A stretch of 64,000 nucleotides of DNA from Bacteroidota bacterium (GCA_016715945.1 JADJXJ010000001.1:1599367-1663366); one strand, 5' to 3'; positions 9,613 to 18,839 are shown, counted from the stretch's first letter. The notes: generated by a model from the letters alone, not told the origin. Numbers and translations are program-made.

Positions 9613-11461
9613 CCTTTTCTTCGGTGAGGTCTTCCTCGAGCCTGAGGTTGTTGATGATAAACTGCTGACGGTCAGGGGTGTTTTTGCCCATGTAATAACT
9701 CAGGATCTCAGGAATGGAAAGGTCGCGGCGCAGAATCACCGGATCGAGGCGCATATTGGGACCAATGAAGAAACGGAACTCATCAGGCGAGATCTCGCCC
9801 AAGCCTTTAAAACGGGTGATCTCAACATTCTGGCCGAGTTTGCGCAGGGCCTGCTGTCGCTCCTCATCGGAATAACAGTAGATGGTTTCCTTTTTGTTGC
9901 GCACCCTGAACAAGGGAGTCTGCAGGATGTAGAGGTGTCCGGCACGCACCAGATCGGGGTAAAACTGAAGGAAGAAAGTGAGCAGCAACAGGCGGATGTG
10001 CATGCCATCCACATCGGCGTCGGTAGCAATCACAATGTTGTTGTACCGGAGGTTTTCCATCGACTCGTCCACATTGATGGCAGCCTGAAGCAGATTGAAC
10101 TCTTCGTTTTCGTACACGATTTTTTTGCTCAATCCGTAGCAGTTCAGTGGTTTGCCTTTCAGGCTAAACACTGCCTGGGTTTGCACGTCGCGACTTTTGG
10201 TGATGCTGCCCGAAGCCGAATCGCCCTCGGTGATGAACAGGGTGGTTTCGAGGCGTTTTTCGTGATTGGAGTTATAGTGAATGCGGCAGTCGCGGAGTTT
10301 TTTGTTGTGCAGGCTCACTTTTTTCACACTCTCCCGGGCCAGTTTTTTGATGTTGGCCATGTCGCGGCGTTCCTTTTCGCTCTGCATGATCTTGCGTTGC
10401 AGGGCTTCGGCCGTTTCGGGGTTCATGTGGAGGTAATTGTCGAGGTGCTTGCTGATGATGTCGCCAATGAAGTTGCGGATCGACCGTCCGTTGGGCTCCA
10501 TATACACCGATCCGAGCTTGGTTTTGGTCTGCGACTCAAACACGGGTTCCTGCACCTTGATGCTTATGGCCGCCACCAGCGAGTTGCGGATGTCGGCAGT
10601 GTCGTAATCTTTTTTGAAAAAATCGCGCACGGTTTTCACAAAGGCTTCGCGAAACGCATTCTGATGCGTGCCTCCCTGTGTGGTGTGCTGGCCGTTGACA
10701 AAGCTGTAGTATTCCTCGTTATAGGTATTGTTGCTGTGGGTGAAGGCGCATTCGAAATCGTCTTCCTTGATGTGGATAATGGGGTAAATCTTGTTGTCCG
10801 GCCCGGGCATATTGCGTTCCAGCAGGTCGAGCAAGCCGTTTTTTGCCAGAAACTTCTGCCCGTTGAAGTGGAGGGTGAGCCCATTGTTCAGAAAGGCATA
10901 GTTCCACAACATTTCCTCCACGTATTCAGGCAGATAGCGAAACTTTCCGAAGACTGATTCGTCCGGAATAAAGCTGATGATGGTGCCCGGCCGCTCGTCG
11001 CACGGCTCCAGGGGGAAATCGTGCACCAGTTCGCCGCGGTGATACTCCACCACCTTGGTCTGGCCATCGCGTATGCTTTGCGCACGAAACCACGACGACA
11101 AGGCGTTCACGGCTTTTGTACCCACGCCGTTGAGCCCCACCGACTTTTTAAAAGCGCCTGAGCCATACTTGGCGCCGGTATTGATGCGGCTCACACAGTC
11201 GATCACTTTGCCCAGGGGGATGCCGCGCCCGTAGTCGCGTACCGTAACCTTATTGTCGTTGATGGTAATTTCGATCGACTTGCCATGACCCATCATATAC
11301 TCGTCAATGCTGTTGTCGATCACTTCCTTGAGCAACACATAAATGCCATCGTCGTGCGAGTTGCCATCGCCCAGTTTTCCGATATACATGCCGGGCCTCA
11401 GGCGGATATGTTCCTTCCAGTCAAGGGTTTGGATGCTGTCGTCGGTGTAGTTTTCCGTCAT
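9599..11461 (-). CDS. parE: DNA topoisomerase IV subunit B (type IIA topoisomerase B subunit)
   Basis: 620 aa: [25 protein letters not shown] ATPase and Toprim ([18 protein letters not shown]) motifs. The length and N-terminus fit Bacteroidota ParE better than GyrB. Confidence 0.75.
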   Translation of the reverse strand: MTENYTDDSIQTLDWKEHIRLRPGMYIGKLGDGNSHDDGIYVLLKEVIDNSIDEYMMGHGKSIEITINDNKVTVRDYGRGIPLGKVIDCVSRINTGAKYGSGAFKKSVGLNGVGTKAVNALSSWFRAQSIRDGQTKVVEYHRGELVHDFPLEPCDERPGTIISFIPDESVFGKFRYLPEYVEEMLWNYAFLNNGLTLHFNGQKFLAKNGLLDLLERNMPGPDNKIYPIIHIKEDDFECAFTHSNNTYNEEYYSFVNGQHTTQGGTHQNAFREAFVKTVRDFFKKDYDTADIRNSLVAAISIKVQEPVFESQTKTKLGSVYMEPNGRSIRNFIGDIISKHLDNYLHMNPETAEALQRKIMQSEKERRDMANIKKLARESVKKVSLHNKKLRDCRIHYNSNHEKRLETTLFITEGDSASGSITKSRDVQTQAVFSLKGKPLNCYGLSKKIVYENEEFNLLQAAINVDESMENLRYNNIVIATDADVDGMHIRLLLLTFFLQFYPDLVRAGHLYILQTPLFRVRNKKETIYCYSDEERQQALRKLGQNVEITRFKGLGEISPDEFRFFIGPNMRLDPVILRRDLSIPEILSYYMGKNTPDRQQFIINNLRLEEDLTEEKVRVD

Positions 11462-11481
11462 TGAAGCGCAAGGATTTTGTG

Positions 11482-11489
11482 CAAAGTTA
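11482..11489 (-). promoter_or_regulatory. candidate -7 box TAACTTTG upstream of parE
   Basis: The reverse complement of caaagtta matches TAnnTTTG. Lies 21 nt upstream of ATG 11461. Confidence 0.45.
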
Positions 11490-11616
11490 GCATTTAGCTG
11501 TCAATGGGGCACGGGCCGGCAGGCGGGGCTCAGGCAAAGATAATTTTCTGGAAACTTGACTTTACAACCAATTTGGCACAACCTTTGTCCTTTAAAACCA
11601 TCCAAAAGAGAAACAC

Positions 11617-13074
11617 ATGAGAACATTTACCCTCCTTTTAGCGGCCTTATTAATGGCCGGCACCGCCCTGGGCCAGCGTAAACCGGCCACAGAAAACAAG
11701 CCCCAACATTCGGTGTACCAACAACTCAAAAAAGATTTTGAGAGAAAGGCACCACAGGCAAAAGAGGCACGCACACCCGACATGATGCAGATCATCAGGC
11801 AGCGCGATCAATACCGGCTTCTGCAAGTGGTCAACCTGATGCACTGGGAAGGACAATACGACACCATGTCGCGCACTTCGTATTATTATGAAGGCTTCAG
11901 CCATCTGCCTGCCTACACCGTGGAAGAACACCACGACGGCAGCACATTTTTTCCGGGCACCAGAATCTATTACTACTTCGATGCACAGGATCGCGATACC
12001 ATGTGGGTGTGGCAGAATTACGGCGGATTTCGCGACTGGGAAAACGCCATGCGCGAGACCTGGCGATATGACAGCTACGGCAACGAATACCTTTATCTGA
12101 ACGACTTCTGGGACATCAGCAGCGCCCAATGGTTGTTGCAGTTTGCCAACCGTGCCTCGCACGAATACGACAGCGCCGGCAATGTGCTGAGCATTACCTA
12201 TGCCGATTATTACAATGACCAATGGTTTCCGTTCAGCCGGACAATCTTCGAATACGACAACGATGGCAGGCATACGGCCACAGTGGAGCAGTCGTGGGAA
12301 GAAATCGACGGCAAATGGGTGAATATGTGGCGTGAGGGATACCAACTCAATGCCCAGAACGAATGGGAAGTGGTAAAATACTACAACTGGAACGATTTCG
12401 ACCAGCAGTGGGAACTCGAGGGCAAAGCCACCGACATCACCTGGCTCGATTTCAGCCAGTTCAAATGGCTCACCGTAACCCTGCAGATATGGGACGGACA
12501 AGGCTGGGAAAACGACCAAAGGGGCGCCTGCACCTACAACGCCAACGAGCTGCTGCTCACCTCAACCTTCGAGATTTGGGATGGCCTGGCATGGGAAAAC
12601 GATTTCAGGGAACGCTATGAATACGACCAATACAGCTTCAACACCCTGGAGGTCATGGAAACCTGGGAAAACGGGGAATGGATGATCTATAATGGCCAAA
12701 AAATCAATGTGGACTACGACGCCAATGCCAACCCTGTTGTTATGGTGGCAGAATTTTACGACTGGGGAATCGGCCTCTGGGTCATCAGCGGAAAAATGCT
12801 GCTCACCTGGGAGACAGTGACCTCTTTGCCTGAACCCCTCAGCCTTGGGATGAGCCTGTATCCCAATCCTGTAACCACACAAATCCACCTGAAGCTGAAC
12901 GAAAACCTGGTGGACAAAGCACAATTTGCCATCTATAATACTTCTGCGCAACTCATGCAATCCGGCAGGTTGAACGGACTGGCAATTGATGTGGAGCAAC
13001 TTCCGGCAGGCATCTATCTGCTTCGCCTGCAGCACGAAGGGCGCACCACGACACAAAAGTTCATCAAACGTTGA
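11617..13074 (+). CDS. secreted W/Y/D-rich tandem-repeat protein with T9SS type-A C-terminal sorting domain
   Basis: Signal peptide, then about 10 repeats of about 30 aa of the form W..(5-8)..R..Y.YD..GN (WRYDSYGNEY, SHEYDSAGNVL, IFEYDNDGRHT, RYEYDQYSFNT, NVDYDANANPV). C-terminus is LYPNPVTTQIHL...LPAGIYLLRLQHEGRTTTQKFIKR. Confidence 0.8.
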   Translation: MRTFTLLLAALLMAGTALGQRKPATENKPQHSVYQQLKKDFERKAPQAKEARTPDMMQIIRQRDQYRLLQVVNLMHWEGQYDTMSRTSYYYEGFSHLPAYTVEEHHDGSTFFPGTRIYYYFDAQDRDTMWVWQNYGGFRDWENAMRETWRYDSYGNEYLYLNDFWDISSAQWLLQFANRASHEYDSAGNVLSITYADYYNDQWFPFSRTIFEYDNDGRHTATVEQSWEEIDGKWVNMWREGYQLNAQNEWEVVKYYNWNDFDQQWELEGKATDITWLDFSQFKWLTVTLQIWDGQGWENDQRGACTYNANELLLTSTFEIWDGLAWENDFRERYEYDQYSFNTLEVMETWENGEWMIYNGQKINVDYDANANPVVMVAEFYDWGIGLWVISGKMLLTWETVTSLPEPLSLGMSLYPNPVTTQIHLKLNENLVDKAQFAIYNTSAQLMQSGRLNGLAIDVEQLPAGIYLLRLQHEGRTTTQKFIKR

Positions 13075-13084
13075 TCGCATACAG

Positions 13085-13108
13085 GCCGGGCGCAAGCCCG
13101 GCTTTTTT
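13085..13108 (+). terminator. rho-independent terminator after the repeat-protein gene
   Basis: GCCGGGC-GCAA-GCCCGGC perfect 7-bp stem with a GNRA-type loop, followed by TTTTTT. Confidence 0.8.
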
Positions 13109-13159
13109 GTTAGGATGCGCGACGAAAATGCGTTGGGCCGAAAATCCTACCTTTGCTGC

Positions 13160-15088
13160 ATGAAGCGGTTCGCTTTGACTTTTACGGCACGAATAAAAAG
13201 TCTGATGAAACATGGGCTGGCGTTATGCCTGATCAGCCAGTATTTGTCAGCGGAGGCGCAAATGCCCCTGGTAAAGATTGATTCCACCCGCGCCACCTTT
13301 TTCAACCAGAGTTTCGACAGCCTGTTTCTGGGCAGGATTCACCCCATCGACACCAACCTGCTCAATTTCAGCCGGTTCGACTGGACAAGCACAGACGAGT
13401 TTGGTATGGCAACGCTGAGCAATACGGCCAATCCTGCCAGGCCGTTGTTTTTCAGTCCCGAACTATACTACGGATACCACCTTTATCCATCGGCATACAG
13501 GCTCTACCAACGCAGCGGCAGAGACATCCGTTTCATGCAGCCCCTGGCCCCGCTCACCGAGGTGAGTTACCTGATGGGCAGCAAACGCGAACAGCACCTG
13601 AGGGTCAACTTCAGCAGGCTGGTTGCTCCGCGCACTGTGGTCGGGCTTGACTACGGGCTGATCAACTCGCCTGGATACTACAAAAACCATTTTGCCGATC
13701 AGAGCAACTTTTACCTCAACGCAAGGCACCAGACCCGCAGCCTGCGCTACGGAGCAGCAGCATGGTACTTTCATAACAAGCTGATAAACAAGGAAAACGG
13801 AGGCATAGCCAACGACAGCATTTTCGAAAACCTGCTCGAAACCGACCGCAGGTTGTACAACGTGAATCTGCTGGATGCACAAAACAAGCTCAAGATGTCG
13901 GGCTTTGGGTTCGAGCACTATTTTATTCTGCTGCCCGCCCTGCTGCACCGCGATGCGGACAGCCTGCCGCGGAAACGCAGTTTTCAGCTGGGGAGGATCA
14001 CCCACCGCTTCGAATATATCCGCAACCAGGGGGTGTACACGGAGCGTTCGCCGCTCGAAAAGTTTTACCAGCCCTACGACATCGTACTCGATTCGTCGCG
14101 CACCTACGACAGCACTTACCAATCTGCGTTTATCAACAGGCTGCAATGGAGCAGCCTGGGTTATCGCGTACACCAATCCCCTCCCCCCTTGCATGTGTAT
14201 GCCGGCATCGAGCTGATGAATATCCTGCAAAGCGACTCCTCCTGGACGGCACGCTATTTTCAATTGAATCCGTACGGCGGGGTGCAGATCAACCTCCTCA
14301 ACTCCCTGTTTATTGATGGCCGCATTAAGGTGGTGAGCGGCAATTACGCCGGAGGCGATCTTTATCTGGAAGGCGCTGTAAAACAATATTTTGGAACAGC
14401 AAACCGAAACCTTGGCAACCTGTATGGTCAGATTTTGCTGGCCAACCAATCGCCCTCCTGGTTTGTGCAACGATACCAATCGAACCACTTCCGCTGGGAA
14501 AACGATTTTTTAAACACCCGGCTGCTGAAGCTCGAGGGTGGCTATCATTTCAGGGGACTGGCCGCCGGCGCTGTGTATAACCTTCTGGACAGGCCGGTGT
14601 ATTTTGGTACCGACAGCAGGCCAAAACAATACAGCGGCACAGCTAATGTGCTGCAATTCTACGGCAAATTTCACTTTAATCCCGGCAGGTTCGACCTCAT
14701 CGGCCGCATGGCATGGCAATATGCCGACAACGACAGCGTGCTACGCATTCCGGCGCTTCTTGGCCGACTGCGCGCGCTCTATACCTTCGAAGCAATAAAA
14801 GATGTGGCTACCCTGCAGGTTGGTCTGGATGCCTGGTATCACTCCAGATATTATGCTGATGCATGGATGCCCGCCCTGCGTACCTTTCACCTGCAAAACA
14901 GGAAACAGGTAGGCAACTATCCTTATGTGGATGCCCATGTGGCCCTGAAACTTAAAAGAGCGAGAATCTATTTCCAGGCTACCAACCTGTTCAGCCTAAC
15001 CGGCTACCATTATTACTACACCACCCCGGGCTACCCCATGCGCGACCAACGGTTTGTGTTGGGAGTCAACTGGAGATTCTATTATTAA
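13160..15088 (+). CDS. large outer-membrane beta-barrel protein (putative porin family)
   Basis: 642 aa from ATG 13160 (MKRFALTF...). Signal peptide, alternating aromatic/hydrophilic beta-strand pattern throughout, and the terminal motif ...LGVNWRFYY ending in aromatic residues. Confidence 0.65.
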   Translation: MKRFALTFTARIKSLMKHGLALCLISQYLSAEAQMPLVKIDSTRATFFNQSFDSLFLGRIHPIDTNLLNFSRFDWTSTDEFGMATLSNTANPARPLFFSPELYYGYHLYPSAYRLYQRSGRDIRFMQPLAPLTEVSYLMGSKREQHLRVNFSRLVAPRTVVGLDYGLINSPGYYKNHFADQSNFYLNARHQTRSLRYGAAAWYFHNKLINKENGGIANDSIFENLLETDRRLYNVNLLDAQNKLKMSGFGFEHYFILLPALLHRDADSLPRKRSFQLGRITHRFEYIRNQGVYTERSPLEKFYQPYDIVLDSSRTYDSTYQSAFINRLQWSSLGYRVHQSPPPLHVYAGIELMNILQSDSSWTARYFQLNPYGGVQINLLNSLFIDGRIKVVSGNYAGGDLYLEGAVKQYFGTANRNLGNLYGQILLANQSPSWFVQRYQSNHFRWENDFLNTRLLKLEGGYHFRGLAAGAVYNLLDRPVYFGTDSRPKQYSGTANVLQFYGKFHFNPGRFDLIGRMAWQYADNDSVLRIPALLGRLRALYTFEAIKDVATLQVGLDAWYHSRYYADAWMPALRTFHLQNRKQVGNYPYVDAHVALKLKRARIYFQATNLFSLTGYHYYYTTPGYPMRDQRFVLGVNWRFYY

Positions 15089-15099
15089 ATACAAAAAAC

Positions 15100-15124
15100 G
15101 GGTGACGGGTGACGGGTGACGGGG
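15100..15124 (+). repeat. (GGGTGAC)x3 + GGGG heptamer repeat; canonical G-quadruplex motif
   Basis: GGGTGACGGGTGACGGGTGACGGGG read directly. Starts 12 nt after the porin stop codon. Confidence 0.9.
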
Positions 15125-15130
15125 AGGAGG

Positions 15131-15170
15131 AATTCAAAGATTCCTGATTCAAGGATTCAAAGATTCGAGG
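15131..15170. repeat. GATTC-based 7-8-mer tandem block (about 5 units)
   Basis: aATTCAAA GATTCCT GATTCAAG GATTCAAA GATTCGAGG read directly. Confidence 0.85.
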
Positions 15171-15219
15171 GGCGACGGATAACGAGTGATGGGTTCCGAT
15201 TATTGGATTCTGATCACGG

Positions 15220-15397
15220 TTCACTGATTCACTATTCACTAACTCACTGTTCACCAATCACTAACTCACTGTTCACCAATCACTAACTCACTGTTCACTA
15301 TTCACTATTCACTAACTCACTGTTCACTATTCACTATTCACTAACTCACTGTTCACTAACTCACTGTTCACTATTCACTAACTCACTGTTCACTATT
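15220..15397. repeat. tandem array of about 24 TCAC-core 7-8-mers (TTCACTA / ACTCACTG / TTCACCA / ATCACTA)
   Basis: Read directly. Units are grouped into 8 blocks, each ending in ACTCACTG. The array ends 1 nt before the stop codon of the minus-strand exporter gene. Confidence 0.9.
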
Positions 15398-15398
15398 C

Positions 15399-16517
15399 TC
15401 ACCATCCCATCCACACACCAAGCCCTCCTACAAGCAAGGCAACTAAAAGGTTGACAATTTTGACGGCGGCAAACCCTTTGGGCGATTCGGCCAGCAATGG
15501 CAGGGTGCCATGTCCATCCTGCGCGATGCTGCTGGCAAGCAAGATACTGAAGGGCACTGCCCCCTGGGCAAAGAGCAGCACAAACACATAATGCGGCCCC
15601 GATTCGGGAATGATGCCGATGAGCAAAGCGATAAACAGCACCGTCCACACATTCTCCGAGATCCACATCCGGAGATCTACATACAAGTTCAGCACGTAGA
15701 TGAACGCCAGCACTCCCAGGGTCCAGGCAAAGATTTTGAAGAAATGTTTTTTGATGATATGGTGCCAGAGATGTTCCTGCAGGAAATGTTCCCTTGCCGA
15801 TAGCACGATAAACAGCAGGATAGTAAATAAACCAATGAGGCTCAGGCGGATCCAGTCGGCCTCCCCGCCATGGTCGTGGTCGTGCGCATGGGCATGGGCA
15901 TGCGCATGATCATGCACCAGACCGGCATCGCCCATAAGCGTATTCAGGTGATGTGCCCCATCCACAACTCCGGTTGCCAGCATAAAGAGAATCCCAAGAA
16001 TGCCGGCCAGCAACAATGCCCGGGTAAAAGTGATGTCTCTGAGATTTTGAATTGCATAGCGCGGGTGCACCGGATTGCATTCCTCTGCATGGCTGTGAAG
16101 GGGCAGCTCGGCATGGCTTCCCAGTCCGATATGTTTGTTCTTCACCGTGTAGTGAATGACGACGCCCGCCACCAGCGCGACGAAAAACAAGATCACATTC
16201 AGCTTGAGCGCAGTAGCAGGTATGACGGAAAACATCAGAAATGCCTCATCGCCCGAGGTGGCGATCATGGTGGCTACTATGGCCGGAAACATGACCACGC
16301 GATGCACATAGAGCGAGACCATGGTGTAGGAGCCCAGGCAACCGGGAATGACCCCCATGAGCGAACCCAACACAATCTGCATGAAGGGCTTCTGCTGAAT
16401 CTTTTCCGACCACAAGCCCCGGGTTTGGATGTTCACATATTCGATCACCATCATCAACCCAAGGACAAACGTAGTGATGATGAGGGTTTGCTGCAACATC
16501 AGCTGAAATGCTTCCAT
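15399..16517 (-). CDS. polytopic membrane protein with His-rich loop; putative 10-TM heavy-metal exporter family (ArsP_2-like)
   Basis: 372 aa from ATG 16517. Internal two-fold repeat (GVIPGCLGSYTMVSLY... versus GIIPESGPHYVFVLLF...). Central loop is HDHAHAHAHAHDHDHGGE. The family assignment is from memory of motif style only. Confidence 0.6.
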   Translation of the reverse strand: MEAFQLMLQQTLIITTFVLGLMMVIEYVNIQTRGLWSEKIQQKPFMQIVLGSLMGVIPGCLGSYTMVSLYVHRVVMFPAIVATMIATSGDEAFLMFSVIPATALKLNVILFFVALVAGVVIHYTVKNKHIGLGSHAELPLHSHAEECNPVHPRYAIQNLRDITFTRALLLAGILGILFMLATGVVDGAHHLNTLMGDAGLVHDHAHAHAHAHDHDHGGEADWIRLSLIGLFTILLFIVLSAREHFLQEHLWHHIIKKHFFKIFAWTLGVLAFIYVLNLYVDLRMWISENVWTVLFIALLIGIIPESGPHYVFVLLFAQGAVPFSILLASSIAQDGHGTLPLLAESPKGFAAVKIVNLLVALLVGGLGVWMGW

Positions 16518-16535
16518 ATTCTTGCAATAATGTTG

Positions 16536-16543
16536 CAAATGTA
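16536..16543 (-). promoter_or_regulatory. candidate -7 box TACATTTG upstream of the metal exporter
   Basis: Reverse complement of caaatgta. Lies 19 nt upstream of ATG 16517. Confidence 0.45.
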
Positions 16544-16886
16544 AGTCAAATCTTTCTTGCCCGATCTGCAGGCCGAGAGAGACGCATCAGTTAGTGAATT
16601 GGAGCTGGCCGCAAAATTATTGGTCGTTTGGATGGTGTAAGAAAAGCTGATGATTAATTCGCACAAGCTGCATCGATAATCAACTTTGAATCGGCCAACA
16701 ACCTGCGCCAGAGGTAAATTATTACCAAAAGGAATATGGCACAAGGCTGCAGAGGCTCGGAACTCGGAAGCTCATCATTCTGGTTTCATTATTCTGATCT
16801 TGCGCCAGTGCAACTTATATGTTTGTGAGGAGATCGCAAAAAGCGCATGACTCCGTGTGGCTCACTAACTATTTTGCGGTAACTGA

Positions 16887-17810
16887 TCAATCGGCATTTG
16901 TTTCATCCGGATCGCGAACTCCACGAATTGCATAATAGATGCCTGCCAATGAGGTGATTGCAGTAATCAGATAAAAAATGAAACTAATGGCTACCGCAAG
17001 CTCCACATTCACTCCGAACCACTTTGCACCATAGAGAAAGGTCAGTTCCCTCGCCCCAGCCCCACCAATAGTGATCGGTATGATGGTGACAATGGATGAG
17101 ACCAGAAACAGAAAAAAATACGGAAGAAGATCATTGGTTTGTGCAAGGCTAAGCAGAATGAAATAGACCGAAACCAGCTGAAACAGTTGTACGCCAAGCG
17201 AATAAACGTTCATCAGCAAGAAAACAGGCATGAGCTTGCGGAAAAAAACACGCATCATGATGCAGAATGCCAAAACCAGCAAAGGGATGGCAGCGACTGA
17301 CCAGACTGCAAGTTCGTTGTGCCTGTTGAGCACGATCAGCAGGAGTAAGGCCAGCAATGCCAGCATAAACACCCCCGATAAACGGTCGAGCAGGATGGCC
17401 GTAAGGCTAATACGCGCCGCGGTATGGTAACGCCTGTTCAGGTAGAAAATCTTGTACCCGTCGCCGCCAATGCCCCCGGGCAGGAAAAGATTGTAAAACA
17501 TCCCAAGCAGGTAGAGCCGGGCATTTTCGAGCTGACCGATCTGCAAGCCGGAATAGCTGAACAACAGCTGCAGACGCACGGCCGACAAGGCTTTCGACAA
17601 AACGAACATCAAGGTTGCAGCGAGCAGGGGCCAAATCCGCAGCCTGGCCAGCAGGGCACCAAGGCTCTCCAGATCCAGCTTCCGGAAAACTACATACAAC
17701 GCCAGCACTGAGACGATGAGCTTGAGCAGGGCAACAAGCTGTTTTTTATACCTTTTCACCAGCCTGATAGATGTTTCTGATCTGGTAATGCGGCTTGTCC
17801 TGCGACTCAT
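16887..17810 (-). CDS. UPF0104 / lysylphosphatidylglycerol-synthase-TM (flippase-like) family membrane protein
   Basis: About 8 TM helices and the signature LFLPGGIGGDGYKIFYL. The true start may be GTG at 17759 (VKRYKKQ...), which would reduce the overlap with the upstream GT2 gene to 14 nt. Confidence 0.75.
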   Translation of the reverse strand: MSRRTSRITRSETSIRLVKRYKKQLVALLKLIVSVLALYVVFRKLDLESLGALLARLRIWPLLAATLMFVLSKALSAVRLQLLFSYSGLQIGQLENARLYLLGMFYNLFLPGGIGGDGYKIFYLNRRYHTAARISLTAILLDRLSGVFMLALLALLLLIVLNRHNELAVWSVAAIPLLVLAFCIMMRVFFRKLMPVFLLMNVYSLGVQLFQLVSVYFILLSLAQTNDLLPYFFLFLVSSIVTIIPITIGGAGARELTFLYGAKWFGVNVELAVAISFIFYLITAITSLAGIYYAIRGVRDPDETNAD

Positions 17811-18690
17811 AATAGGTGCGCATCTGCAGTTCGATGATGATGCCGGTAGTAATGAGTTGAAAACCGGTGATCACCATCATCACGCCCAGAAAAAGCAAAG
17901 GTTTTCCCCCAATGTCTTCACCCATTAGCTTGATAGCCAGCAGATAAAGATTGATCAATGCACCAACGAGAAAGATGAGGCCACCCCATTTGCCGAAGAA
18001 ATGCATGGGCCGCTGCAGGTAGCTGCGTTGAAAAACAAGAAGCAGCAAATCGCTGATTACCTTGAAGGTGCGCGACAACCCATACTTCGAACTGCCGTGA
18101 ACACGCGGATGATGCCGCACCGGCACCTGGGTGATGCGCGCTCCCTCGAGGGCAGCCAGCACCGAAATAAACCTGTGCATCTCGCCGTAGATGCCAATCC
18201 CTTTGATAAGTTCCTTGCGAAATACCTTGAGGGCACAGCCGTTGTCCTTGATTCTGACGCCTGTGGCACGCATAATAATGCGATTGGCTATATAAGAAGG
18301 TATCTTACGGATAAAAAAATCATCTTTACGGTTTACCCTGATTCCGGCAACCAGGTCGAAATTACCCTGATCGGCAGCTTCGACCATGGCCGGGATGTCG
18401 GCAGGATCGTTCTGCAGGTCGCCGTCCATTGTAACGATAAAATCGCCCGAAGCCAGCCTGATGCCAGCATGAAGGGCTGCACTCTGGCCATAGTTTTTTC
18501 GAAATTCCACAAGCCTTACCCTTTGGTCCCTGATGCTCATCAGCTTGTGCAGGGTCTGGTCGGTCGAACCATCGTTCACAAAAATCAGCTCGAAATCCAT
18601 CCCTCCGAGCGCCTCCACGACCTTGCGATAAAGCGGCAAGACATTGTCCTCTTCGTTGAACACCGTAACTACGACAGATATCTTTTTCAT
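17746..18690 (-). CDS. GT2 polyprenyl-phosphate glycosyltransferase (ArnC/GtrB/RgtE-like) with two C-terminal TM helices
   Basis: MKKISVVVTVFNEEDNV...LIFVNDGSTDQT...VTMDGDLQNDP (DxD) and a C-terminal pair of hydrophobic helices. Confidence 0.85.
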   Translation of the reverse strand: MKKISVVVTVFNEEDNVLPLYRKVVEALGGMDFELIFVNDGSTDQTLHKLMSIRDQRVRLVEFRKNYGQSAALHAGIRLASGDFIVTMDGDLQNDPADIPAMVEAADQGNFDLVAGIRVNRKDDFFIRKIPSYIANRIIMRATGVRIKDNGCALKVFRKELIKGIGIYGEMHRFISVLAALEGARITQVPVRHHPRVHGSSKYGLSRTFKVISDLLLLVFQRSYLQRPMHFFGKWGGLIFLVGALINLYLLAIKLMGEDIGGKPLLFLGVMMVITGFQLITTGIIIELQMRTYYESQDKPHYQIRNIYQAGEKV

Positions 18691-18767
18691 CTCCAGATTT
18701 AATCAGCTATAACCATGGCCTGCGGTAAGTTTTAGGGCATTTCTTGCGTACCATGCTGAATACCGCA

Positions 18768-18775
18768 CAAAGGTA
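18768..18775 (-). promoter_or_regulatory. candidate -7 box TACCTTTG for the GT2/flippase-like operon
   Basis: Reverse complement of caaaggta. Lies 78 nt upstream of ATG 18690. Confidence 0.3.
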
Positions 18776-18839
18776 GAATCAAAATGCCAAATCATCCCAC
18801 AAAACTGCGGAGCATGAAGCTGCAAAAGCTGCAAAGAGG

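Noticed and set aside
9539-10957. 472-aa plus-strand ORF
   Set aside because: It lies entirely antisense to parE, whose type IIA topoisomerase motifs are unambiguous. The translated sequence is low-complexity (V/F/H/G-rich) with no recognisable motif. This is a typical shadow ORF in GC-rich coding DNA.
16499-16744. 81-aa minus-strand ORF in the exporter upstream spacer
   Set aside because: It overlaps the exporter start and promoter box, has Cys/Ser-rich low-complexity sequence, and has no start context. It is likely spurious.
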